NCBI GenBank assembly: GCA_963755915.1
Contig: CAVWLP010000002.1
Span: forward strand, 2,528,001-2,592,000
DNA from: an uncultured Phycisphaerales bacterium
GTDB taxonomy: Bacteria > Planctomycetota > Phycisphaerae > Tepidisphaerales > Tepidisphaeraceae
Direction of reading: 5' to 3'
DNA length: 64,000 nucleotides
Within the stretch, counting starts at the first letter, position 1. Each line of letters starts with the position of its first letter. A program made the position numbers and the translations under genes. Of the stretch, positions 32,213 through 41,447 are shown in pieces. Below the pieces are notes generated by a model. It saw only the letters and a list, made by a program, of their open reading frames with translations, did not search any database and had not been told where the DNA came from.

Positions 32213-33124
32213 ATGCGATTGCGAATTGGTTTGGGGTTGGCAGGAGTTGCCGGTTTGGTCGTGTTCGCTGTGTTGTGGATGACTTCGGCAGGTGCGATAG
32301 GGGATGCAACCGGCGGGAAGATCAAAGTTGTGGCGGCGGAGAATTTTTATGGGGACATTGCCGGCCAGATCGGAGGTGACCACGTGCAGGTGGTCAGCAT
32401 CATGAACGATCCCAATGTGGATCCGCACGAATATGAGGCGGATCCGAAGGATGCCATTGCCGTGGCGGGGGCGGATGTGGTGATTCAGAACGGGTCGGAC
32501 TACGACAACTGGATGCCTCGGCTGCTGGCCGCTTCGCCAAGCTCATCGCGGGTGGTGCTGACGGGGGCGGATATCAGTCAGGATTTGCTGAAGGAGAATC
32601 CGCATGTGTGGTATAGTTTGAAGAACGTGCGGACAATTGCGGAGCAGATTGCCAAGACGTACGAAGGATTGGACGCGGCGGATAAGGGGGATTTTGAGAA
32701 GAATTTGAAAGCGTTTGAGGACTCACTGGAGCCGATCGAGAAGGAGATGGATTCGATTCGGGATGAATTTGGGGGCACTCCGGTTGGATTGACGGAGACG
32801 ATTTACCTGTACCAGGCGGAGCCGATGAAACTGAACGTACTGACGCCGTGGGAATTTCAACATGCAATTGCGGAGGGGAATGATCCGCCGGCCCAGAGCA
32901 TTGCCACGGCCAACACGCAGGTGACGGGAAACCAGGTTAAGGTGCTGATTTATAATGTGCAGACGATTACGCCGATTACGACGCATTTGCAGGACGAAGC
33001 GAAGGCTTCCGGGATTCCAATTGTGGGGGTGAGTGAAACTATGCCGCTGGACAAGCATTATCAATCGTGGATGCTTGGTCAGCTTCAGGCTTTGCACGAG
33101 GCACTGAAGCAAAGCGGCAAATGA
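32213..33124 (+). CDS. Zn/Mn ABC transporter substrate-binding protein (ZnuA-like)
   Basis: VVAAENFYGDIA.QIGG, DPHEYE, NPHVWY, VGVSETMP. Confidence 0.92.
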   Translation: MRLRIGLGLAGVAGLVVFAVLWMTSAGAIGDATGGKIKVVAAENFYGDIAGQIGGDHVQVVSIMNDPNVDPHEYEADPKDAIAVAGADVVIQNGSDYDNWMPRLLAASPSSSRVVLTGADISQDLLKENPHVWYSLKNVRTIAEQIAKTYEGLDAADKGDFEKNLKAFEDSLEPIEKEMDSIRDEFGGTPVGLTETIYLYQAEPMKLNVLTPWEFQHAIAEGNDPPAQSIATANTQVTGNQVKVLIYNVQTITPITTHLQDEAKASGIPIVGVSETMPLDKHYQSWMLGQLQALHEALKQSGK

Positions 33125-33960
33125 AATCCGCAGTGGTAAACGAGATTCCTGAAACACGAGTGGTTGAGAGCCGGGCTGCGGTCGAAGGGTCGCGGCAAGA
33201 ACCGCTGATTGCGCTGGATCAGGTGACAATCACGCTGGGGGGCAGGCGGATTTTGGATGGGTTGTCGGGGACGATATGGGCAGGCGAATTTGTATCGGTG
33301 CTGGGGCCGAATGGGGCAGGAAAGAGCACTTTGCTGAAGCTGCTTCTGGGGCTGCTGAAGGCGGATTCGGGGACGATTCGAGTATTGGGTAGGGCGCCGC
33401 GGCGGGGCAATTCGGCGATTGGTTATGTGCCGCAGCATCGGGTGCTGGAAGTGGATCACGCACTGCGGGCGCGGGACGTGGTGGGGTTTGGGCTGGATGG
33501 GAATCGGTGGGGAATTTCCTGGCCGAGCCGCAAGCGAAGCGAAAGGATTGAGAAGGCGCTGGCGGAGGTGAACGCGCTGCATTTGAAAAATGAACCCATT
33601 GGGCATTTGTCGGGCGGGGAGCAGCAGCGGCTGCTCATTGCGCAGGCGCTGATCAGCGATCCGAAGATGCTGCTTTTTGACGAACCGTTTTCAAATCTGG
33701 ATTTGGCGCATGAGAGGGAGATCGTGAGTCAGATTTCGCGGCTGGCGCGGGAGCGGAATATCACGGTGCTGCTGGTATCGCACGATGTCAATCCGCTGCT
33801 GAAGGTGACGGATCGGGTGCTGTTTTTGTCGAACGGACAAGCGGCGCTGGGGCCGCCCGCGGAGGTGATCAGTTCGCAGACGTTGAGCCGGCTCTATCAC
33901 GCACAGGTGGAGGTGGCGCATGTTTCCGGGCGGATTTTCGTGCTGGGTGTGGAGACTTGA
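33121..33960 (+). CDS. Metal ABC transporter ATP-binding protein (ZnuC-like)
   Basis: GPNGAGKST, IGYVPQ, LSGGEQQR, DEP, VSHD. Confidence 0.92.
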   Translation: MKSAVVNEIPETRVVESRAAVEGSRQEPLIALDQVTITLGGRRILDGLSGTIWAGEFVSVLGPNGAGKSTLLKLLLGLLKADSGTIRVLGRAPRRGNSAIGYVPQHRVLEVDHALRARDVVGFGLDGNRWGISWPSRKRSERIEKALAEVNALHLKNEPIGHLSGGEQQRLLIAQALISDPKMLLFDEPFSNLDLAHEREIVSQISRLARERNITVLLVSHDVNPLLKVTDRVLFLSNGQAALGPPAEVISSQTLSRLYHAQVEVAHVSGRIFVLGVET

Positions 33961-33961
33961 A

Positions 33962-34804
33962 ATGGATCTGCGCTCGATGCTGGAATTTCCGGCGTTTCAG
34001 AACGCCTTTATGGCGGGGACGCTGGTGGGGATTGTGGCGGGATGCGTCGGGTATTTTTTGCTGCTGCGGGGTCTGACGTTTGCGGGACATGCGCTTTCGC
34101 ACGTTGGGTTTGCCGGGGCGGCCGGAGCGCTGGTGGTGGGGGTTGAGCCGATCTTCGGCCTGCTCGTGTTTACGCTGCTGGGGGGGATCGCGATCGGGGC
34201 GATGGGGAAACGGCTCGACGAGCGCGACGTCACGATCGGTGTGATCATGACGCTGCTGCTGGCGTTTGGGTCGCTCTTCATCGCAATGTACCACGGGTAT
34301 GCGGAGCAGGCGTATAGCGTTTTGTTCGGGACGGTGATGGGCATCAGCCGGACGGACGTGGGGGTGACGGCGGTTTTGTGCCTGATTGTGCTGGCGGGGC
34401 TGCTGGGGGTTTTTCGGATGCTGCTGTTCAGTTCCTACGACCCGCAGTTGGCGGAGGCGCAGGGGGTGCCGGTGAAGCTGCTGGCAATGGTGTTCATGGT
34501 GTTTGTGGCGGTGACCGTTTCGCTGTCGGTGCAGGTGGTGGGGGTACTACTGATTTTTACGCTTCTGGTGGGCCCTGCGGCGGCGGCGATGCTGCTTTCG
34601 GCCAGTCCGGCGCGGGCGATCTTCATCTCGGTGGCGCTGGCGGTGGCCTATACGTGGTCGGGGATCTACTGGGCGATTCGGGATAATTATCCCGTGACGT
34701 TTTGCATTACGGCAATTGCGTTTGCTGTGTATCTGATCGTGAAAATTGTGGGGGCGCCGATTGCCAGACGCATTTCGGCCATGGGGCGGGGGAGCGCGGC
34801 GTAA
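33962..34804 (+). CDS. Metal ABC transporter permease 1 (ZnuB-like)
   Basis: FAGHALSHVGFAGAAGA, LFG, VVGVLLIFTLLVGPAAAA. Confidence 0.92.
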   Translation: MDLRSMLEFPAFQNAFMAGTLVGIVAGCVGYFLLLRGLTFAGHALSHVGFAGAAGALVVGVEPIFGLLVFTLLGGIAIGAMGKRLDERDVTIGVIMTLLLAFGSLFIAMYHGYAEQAYSVLFGTVMGISRTDVGVTAVLCLIVLAGLLGVFRMLLFSSYDPQLAEAQGVPVKLLAMVFMVFVAVTVSLSVQVVGVLLIFTLLVGPAAAAMLLSASPARAIFISVALAVAYTWSGIYWAIRDNYPVTFCITAIAFAVYLIVKIVGAPIARRISAMGRGSAA

Positions 34805-35718
34805 TGGATCTGTTCCACCAGGAATTCATCCGCAATGCGTTTGTGGCGGGCACGATGGTGGCCGTGCTGACCGCGATCATTGGATATTTCGTCGTAATGC
34901 GCGCGGAAGCGTTCGCGGCGCATGCGCTGTCGCATATCGGATTTGCAGGGGCGACAGGCGCGGCGCTGCTTGGGATCAATTCGCTTTTGGGAATGCTGGG
35001 ATTCACGGCGGGTGCGGCGCTGGTGATCGGGGCGATGGAAAAGCGGCTGCGGGGGCGGCACGTGGAGATCGGCATGGTGCTGGCATTTTCGCTGGGGCTG
35101 GGGGTGCTGTTTCTGCACCTGTACACGCGTGGGGCGACCGAGGCGGTGGCGATTTTATTCGGCTCGATTTTAAGCGTGGATTCGCAGGAAATTCGCCTGA
35201 TTCTGGTGCTGGGAAGTTTGGCGCTGGTGGCGCTGGCGGCGATGTTTCGGCCGCTGACGTTTTCGTCGGTCGATCCGGAAACCGCCGAGGCGCGGGGGGT
35301 GCCGGTCAGATTTGTTTCCGTGGCATTCATGCTGCTGCTGGCCGTAACGGTCGCGGAAGTGGTGCAGGTGGTGGGGATTCTGCTGATGTTTGCCCTGCTG
35401 ATCGCCCCGCCGGCGATCGCGCAGCATCTCTTTCGGCGGCCGGCACTGGTGATTGCCGCGGCGGCAATAATGGGGGTTGCGTTTACGTGGTTCGGTCTAT
35501 TGCTGGCGATCTGGACGCCGTATCCGGTGAGTTTTTATATCGCGGGGAGCGCGACGGCGACCTATCTCGTGGTGATTGGGCTGAGTCATCTGATACGGCC
35601 ACATCGGTATCGTCCGCCGGAGCATCCGGATCGGGAGTTTGTGGATCATCCACATCATCAGCATGCACATCCGCATGAGCATGGGCATACCCATTCGCAT
35701 GGCCATGAGCATGATTGA
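34804..35718 (+). CDS. Metal ABC transporter permease 2 with His-rich C-terminal tail
   Basis: FAAHALSHIGFAGATGA, ILFGSIL, DPETAEARG, and tail HPHHQHAHPHEHGHTHSHGHEHD. Confidence 0.92.
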   Translation: MDLFHQEFIRNAFVAGTMVAVLTAIIGYFVVMRAEAFAAHALSHIGFAGATGAALLGINSLLGMLGFTAGAALVIGAMEKRLRGRHVEIGMVLAFSLGLGVLFLHLYTRGATEAVAILFGSILSVDSQEIRLILVLGSLALVALAAMFRPLTFSSVDPETAEARGVPVRFVSVAFMLLLAVTVAEVVQVVGILLMFALLIAPPAIAQHLFRRPALVIAAAAIMGVAFTWFGLLLAIWTPYPVSFYIAGSATATYLVVIGLSHLIRPHRYRPPEHPDREFVDHPHHQHAHPHEHGHTHSHGHEHD

Positions 35719-35730
35719 CGTGCGCCGAGT

Positions 35731-36462
35731 CTAAAAGTGCAGGGGTGAAAGATAGGGGTCATCCGGCGTGGGAATCGGCTCGATCTTATCGGCCATGATG
35801 ACAGGCACGGCGTTGCCATCCTTCAGCTCGGTTTTAAGCGTTCCGGTGACGCGGATCCAGTCATCCGGCTTGAACGCGGAGGTTTTAGGGGACTGGACGA
35901 CGACCTCGACGGGCATTGCGTCGGCGGCGCAGCAGACGATGACGAAACGAAAGATGACGATCTGGCCCGGCGGCAGCGAATCGTCAACGGAGACGCGGCC
36001 TTCGGTGATGATGCGTGAGCCGGTGAGGCGGTGCATGTGCCACGCGACGTAGCCGAGGTTCATGGGGGCATTGGTGTCGATCACCGAGGTGTCGGTGGAT
36101 TCGGGCATGGAATTGAAGCTGGAGGAGGCGCCGAGGCCCAGGGAGCGTTTTTGGAGGGCGAAGCTGTTTAGACCTGAGGCGGCATCCCCGAAGACGAGGG
36201 AACCCATGTAGAGCAGCGGGAGCAGGAGCATTCCGCCGCGCACCCAGGCGGCCAGCGAGATTGGCCGCGCGGCGCCGTGGACGGGGCGGAAGAACATCGC
36301 GATCAAAAATAGCGCGAGGATGAGAATGTTGCAGAGGACCAGCGGCCAAAGCGTGGAGCGGATGAAGAGGGAATAGCGGCCGAAACCAAGGAGCAGAGCC
36401 AGACCCAGGGTCCAGGCGGTAAGCACCAGCCCGCGGAATTTGCCGGCGGAAAGGAATTTCAT
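35731..36462 (-). CDS. TIGR03943/DUF1980 (YcgQ-like) membrane protein
   Basis: Three N-terminal TMs, RFVIVCCAADA, DDWIRVTG, P.DPYL. Confidence 0.88.
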   Translation of the reverse strand: MKFLSAGKFRGLVLTAWTLGLALLLGFGRYSLFIRSTLWPLVLCNILILALFLIAMFFRPVHGAARPISLAAWVRGGMLLLPLLYMGSLVFGDAASGLNSFALQKRSLGLGASSSFNSMPESTDTSVIDTNAPMNLGYVAWHMHRLTGSRIITEGRVSVDDSLPPGQIVIFRFVIVCCAADAMPVEVVVQSPKTSAFKPDDWIRVTGTLKTELKDGNAVPVIMADKIEPIPTPDDPYLSPLHF

Positions 36463-37797
36463 TAGAGGCCTCCCACGGCAGATAGATAGTGCCAGAGAAT
36501 CATGCTGCAGAAGACCATGGTGTAGACGAGGACCATCAGGACCAGGAAGGCGCGCTTGGAGATGAAGCTGAGGTACATCGCGGACAGTTTAGTGTCGAGC
36601 ATGGGGCCAAGGAGCATAAAGCCCATCTGCGCCGACAGCGGCAGAGCCCCTCGGAAAGACGCGGCGACGAAGGCATTGGCGCCGGAGCAGAGATTCAAGG
36701 CAACGGCCAGACCCATCATGACGAGGATGGCGACCGCGGGTGCGTGCGCGACCGCGACGAAAGCCCCGCGGGGAATAATGGTCTGGCAGATGGCGGCGAC
36801 GAAGGCGCCTATCACCAGGAATTGGCCAACCTGCAGAAAATCGTCGCCGGCATGATTGATGGATTCGGCCAGACGGAGCTTGAAGAGCGGCTTGGATTTC
36901 GTCTCCTCATGGTGGTGATCGTGCGCGTGATCGTGGTCATGTCCGTGATCATGGTCATGCGCGTGGTCGTGATGTTCATGATCGTGTTCGTGCCCGTGGT
37001 CGTGATCCTGACAGCATGTTGAGCCTTCGGCGTGAGAATGCTCGTGGTGATGGTCGTGATCATGGTCGTGATCGTGGTCGTGATCATGGTCATGATCGCA
37101 CCCGCAGGCGTGGGATTGGACGCCATCCATGGCCGGGTCCAGCAGTGCCGAGTGGCCCGGGAAAATGCGGTCGACGATGAAGGCGACGACGACGGCGATG
37201 AAATAGGCAAAGCCCATGCGTGCGATGAGGATGTGCCAGGAGAGTCCGGGCATCATGGGGCTGTGATAGGCCAGAAGTGTCGATGAGCCCGTGAGAACGT
37301 TGACGGTGGGGCCGGCCAGGAGATAGGCGACGGCTGTGGAAAAGGGGACGCCTTTGCGGACGAGCCGGCGCGTGAAGGGGATGACGGCGCACTCGCACAC
37401 GGGAACCAGCAGCCCAAGGCTGGCCGCGGCGAGGATACCCAGAAGTTTTCGCTGCGGAAGAAGCCTGGCGACGGCTTCCTTGGGAACAAATACCTCGATG
37501 ACGCCCGAGACGAGTGAACCGAGAATGACAAAGGGGAGTGCTTCAAGAACGATGCTGACGAACGAGACGCCCATCGCGATGCCCGCCGGGGCGCTGCGCG
37601 GCGACGAGCAAGGCGACTGCCAGGAGGAGGAAAACGACGCCGGCGATGGTCCACGCGGAGGTTTTGGTCTGCGTCCGGGCGGGTTTGCGCGGCACGTAAC
37701 GGTATTGAAGTTTCGGACCGGCGGCGGGCTCCAATATTTGCAGAGAAACAGAGCCCGGCTGATTGGCGGTTGTAAGTGATGAATTAGTGTCCAGCAT
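36462..37797 (-). CDS. DUF318/ArsP-family (YcgR-like) permease with His/Asp-rich loop (probable frameshift at ~37585)
   Basis: SIVLEALPF, PVCECAVIP, AYLLAGP, (HD)n loop, LCS, LGPMLD.K. The upstream ORF 37543..37830 supplies an extra TM. Confidence 0.85.
36908..37097 (-). repeat. Hexamer repeat encoding poly-(His-Asp)
   Basis: Tandem gtgatc/atggtc/gtggtc units. Confidence 0.85.
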
Positions 37798-37820
37798 AAT
37801 TTTTATCGTTGAGTGCGATT

Positions 37821-38249
37821 TTAGCGGCAATCGGGACAGGCCCCATGGACGAGTACCTCGGAATAATCGACACGATAGCCCGCGCGCACCCCGGCCCGCT
37901 TGGGAGCGGGGGGGGCAGGCTGCTCAGATAAACATTCGACCGTGCCGCATTTGTCGCAAACAAAATGTGCGTGGGAATGGCGGGCGTGGGCGTCAGCCTG
38001 GCCGAAACCGTAGCGCCAGACCTGATCGTCGCCGCGCACGCGGTGGAGGAGCTTTTTGCCGGTCAGGGTGTTTAGGGTCCGGTAAAGGGTGACACGGTCG
38101 ATTCCATCTTGCAAAAGTTCCAAAATTTGCGGTGCGCCGAGGGGTTGATGGCTTTGCTGGAGAATTTCCAGGACGGCAACGCGGACGGTTGTCCGTCGCA
38201 GGCCGGCCTCGTGCAGGAGCCGATCGGGGGATTTTTCGGGCCTGGCCAC
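37821..38249 (-). CDS. Fur-family regulator, probably Zur
   Basis: AGLRRT..R..VL, DRVTLYRTL, HAHFVCDKCG, GACPDC. GTG start proposed at 38249. Confidence 0.88.
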   Translation of the reverse strand: MARPEKSPDRLLHEAGLRRTTVRVAVLEILQQSHQPLGAPQILELLQDGIDRVTLYRTLNTLTGKKLLHRVRGDDQVWRYGFGQADAHARHSHAHFVCDKCGTVECLSEQPAPPAPKRAGVRAGYRVDYSEVLVHGACPDCR

Positions 38250-38413
38250 GACAATATTATATACGGTGTGCATCCAAAGGGCAGGAGGTAATGGAGAAGC
38301 ACGAATTTGAGTCCTAAATGCGGGTGCGGGAGCGCACCAACGGTATTTTAGGATAATTGTTCCTTCCGTGAGTGGGGCGGGTCTGGTACTTTCTATAGGT
38401 AGGGTGGTTCTCC

Positions 38414-39082
38414 ATGCCGGACGATGAAATGACACGGCAAACAACGATTCTCCTGGTTGATGACCATCCGATTTTGCGATCGGGGATCCGGGCGCTGCTG
38501 GGTGCGGAACACTCGCTGCGGGTCGTGGGGGAAGCCTCCAATGGAAGGGTTGCGGTAGTGCTCGCCAGGGAGCTGCGGCCGGACGTGATCGTGATGGACG
38601 TTTGCATGCCCGATTTAAATGGGGTGGACGCGACCCGCCGGGTGCTGGACGCGTTGCCGGAGACGAAAGTCGTCGCCCTGTCGGCGAGGTGCGATGAGCG
38701 GACGGCAAAGGAAATGCTCAGTGCGGGGGCGATGGGTTTTATCGGCAAGGATGCGGTGTATGAGGACCTGGTCGCGGCCATCGTGGCGGTGATGAGCGGG
38801 CGGGTCTATACCCGGCTGCCAAAAGTCTCCCGGCGCGGGGGCAATGGGCATGAAGTTGGATCGTTGCCGTCGGCGTATGAGCGCCTGTCGATGCGGGAGC
38901 GGGAGACGCTGCAACTGATCGCCGAGGGAAAGGCGACCAAGGAGGTCGCGAATATATTGAGCGTGAGCCTGAAGACGGCGGAGACGCATCGGCGGAATAT
39001 CATGCAGAAACTGCAGTTGGACACGGTGGCGGCGCTGACGAAGTTTGCGATTCGCGAAGGGCTGACGACAGCCGATGCATAG
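38414..39082 (+). CDS. NarL/LuxR-family response regulator
   Basis: LLVDDH, VMDVCMP, LS.RE.E.LQLIAEG, S.KTAETHRRNIMQKL. Confidence 0.93.
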   Translation: MPDDEMTRQTTILLVDDHPILRSGIRALLGAEHSLRVVGEASNGRVAVVLARELRPDVIVMDVCMPDLNGVDATRRVLDALPETKVVALSARCDERTAKEMLSAGAMGFIGKDAVYEDLVAAIVAVMSGRVYTRLPKVSRRGGNGHEVGSLPSAYERLSMRERETLQLIAEGKATKEVANILSVSLKTAETHRRNIMQKLQLDTVAALTKFAIREGLTTADA

Positions 39083-39096
39083 GAAGGCGGCGGGGA

Positions 39097-40700
39097 TTAT
39101 TTGCTGCGGCGGCGGGCGAGAAGATCGTTGATTCTCTCCAGAAGGTAATCGAAATCGACGGGCTTGCCGATGTGCTCCCAGAAGCCGGCGTCGATGGCCA
39201 TGCGCTTGTCGGTTTCGCGGGCGAAGGCAGTAAGGGCGATCGCGGGAATGGGGCTGAGTTTCCTTTCCTTTTCCAAAAGTCGAACCGAGCGGATGAAGGC
39301 GTAGCCGTCTTCGTCGGGCATGGCGATGTCGCCGACGAGAATATCGGGACGCGAATGCCGCAGCAGCTTGCGCGGCGTCGGCGGAATCTGCTTCGAGGAC
39401 CTTCATGCCGGCACGGCTAAACAGGGCGTTCAGGGCGCTGCGGGTTTCGCGGTCATCGTCGACGAAGAGGATGGTGGCGCCGGCGAGGTTAGCGAGCCTG
39501 GAAGGTTGCGACGATTTGGTTTTGGAGGTGGAAGCCCGCTGGCGCGGACGGCGGTCCGTTACCAGGGGCAGGGGCAGGCGCACAATGAAGGTGGCGCCTT
39601 GGCCCAAGCCGGGGCTTTCGGGAGCGATGGTACCGCCGTGAAGTTCGACAAGTTGTCTGGCGATGGCCAAACCGAGACCGATTCCAGAGATGGATCGGGT
39701 GTTGGAAACATCCGCCTGGCGGAAGGGCTGGAAGACGTAGGGGAGGAAATCGGGGCTGATTCCGGCCCCTGAGTCGGCGACGCGGATTTCGACTTCGTTG
39801 TTTCGGCGCTTCAGAGCGACGTCGACCTTCCCGCCGGGTGGGGTGAACTTGACGGCGTTGGTCAGAAGATTCCAGACGATTTGGCGAAGGCGATCGGGGT
39901 CGGCGTGGACGACGCCGGCGCGGTCGTCGAGCCTGGGGCGCACGGCGATATCGCGCGGAGGCGGCGGGCTTGATGGCGTCGAGCGCGTCGCGGATCACCG
40001 GCAGCAGATCGATGTCCCGCGGCTTGAGGCGCAGATTTCCCGTGGTGATGCGCGACATATCCAGCAGGTCTTCGATGAGCTCTTTCTGTGCCTCGGCACT
40101 GAGTTTGATGGCGCTGATTCCCTCGCGCGCCTGTTCGGGGGTGACGGTCTTTCCCTCAAGGATCTTGGTCCAGAGAAGAATGGCGCCCAGGGGCGTTCGC
40201 AGCTCGTGGGAGAGGGTGGCCAGAAACGCGTCTTTGACGCGGTTGGCGTCTTCGGCGGCGGCCTTGGAGGCGCGCAGTTCCGCCTCCACTTTTTTGCGGT
40301 CGCTGATGTCAATGCAATATTGGACGACGGTGCCGTCGCCCAGGCTTGCGCCGGCGACGTGCATCCAGGATCGCGAGCCGTCCCTGCGGAAATATTCTTT
40401 ATCAATAGGCCCGATGCGGCCGGTTTTCGCGAGCTTGCGCATCTGCTGCTCGCTCTGGAGAATATATTCCGGCGGGGTCGTCATCCGCCAATGGATCTGC
40501 CGGGCGGCGATCTGCCCGCGGGTGTATCCGGTCATGGCCAGGAAGGCGTCGTTGGCTTCGATGAGATAGCCACCGCTGTCGAAGATGAGCACACCGACGC
40601 CGCTGATGTTCATCATCTTCTTGAGCCGTTCCTCGCTGTGCGCCATGGATCGGCCGGCCGGCTTTTCGTCCTTCAGCGGTTTGGAGGATTGCTTAGACAT
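39097..40700 (-). CDS. PAS-domain hybrid sensor histidine kinase (frameshifts at ~39950 and ~39350)
   Basis: PAS (ANDAFLAMTGY), FLATLSHELRTPL, QIVWNLLTNAVKFT, DSGAGI, GLGLAI, then REC (FVDDD, MPDEDG, KP). Confidence 0.88.
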
Positions 40701-40910
40701 TTTGGGAATACCGTGAAACGGGAATCGTCCAGGGCGTCTGGCCGAGCGTGTCCGGCGATTGTAGTGAGGGGACGGGTGCAGGGGAAACGAACGGGGATGG
40801 GGGGAGAGTTTTTCCAGCCTTCCCCATCTAAATCCCGCCATTGATCGCTCCGAATTCCATCGGTAGCATTTTCAACAACTTCATACGTTCAGGCAGGAAG
40901 GGACAGAAAA

Positions 40911-41345
40911 ATGCTCACCCGCCATCTAATCGCCATCATAGGCCTCGTCGCGATCCTTTTGCCTTCGCGGACATTTGCGCGGGACCTTCGCCCCACCCCG
41001 CTGGACGATCAGAACCAACCGGCCGGCCAGAACACCGCCGCTAAGGACGACATCGTGCTCAGCTCCAATGACGACAGCTACGACAATGACGCCCACCAGG
41101 AGAAGTTCAGCTACAAATACAAGAACATCGGGAGCAAAACCATCAATGTAGGAATCACAGTGAAAGCCCAGCATCACGGCTTTTACCAAAGCAAGCCCCC
41201 TCCCGCGCCGTTCCGCACCGAGATATTCCGCTTCATCCTCGCCCCGGGCGAAGAACACGAAGTTTCCGCGCCTGGACCATCGACAAACCCGCCGGCGAGG
41301 GGGACCCGGAAATGCAATACGGCGACGACGACAACCCGGAATTAA
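40911..41345 (+). CDS. Hypothetical secreted protein (3' end possibly frameshifted or truncated)
   Basis: Signal peptide and Ig-like beta-strand pattern (YKNIG, LAPGE). Confidence 0.55.
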   Translation: MLTRHLIAIIGLVAILLPSRTFARDLRPTPLDDQNQPAGQNTAAKDDIVLSSNDDSYDNDAHQEKFSYKYKNIGSKTINVGITVKAQHHGFYQSKPPPAPFRTEIFRFILAPGEEHEVSAPGPSTNPPARGTRKCNTATTTTRN

Positions 41346-41447
41346 TCCAGGCGGTGTACGCGGATCAAAACTGAGGGACGAGATGGGGATTTCAGGCTTC
41401 GGGCAGAAAAATGTCACAATCCCCCGGCGTCGGCTACTTCAATTCAA

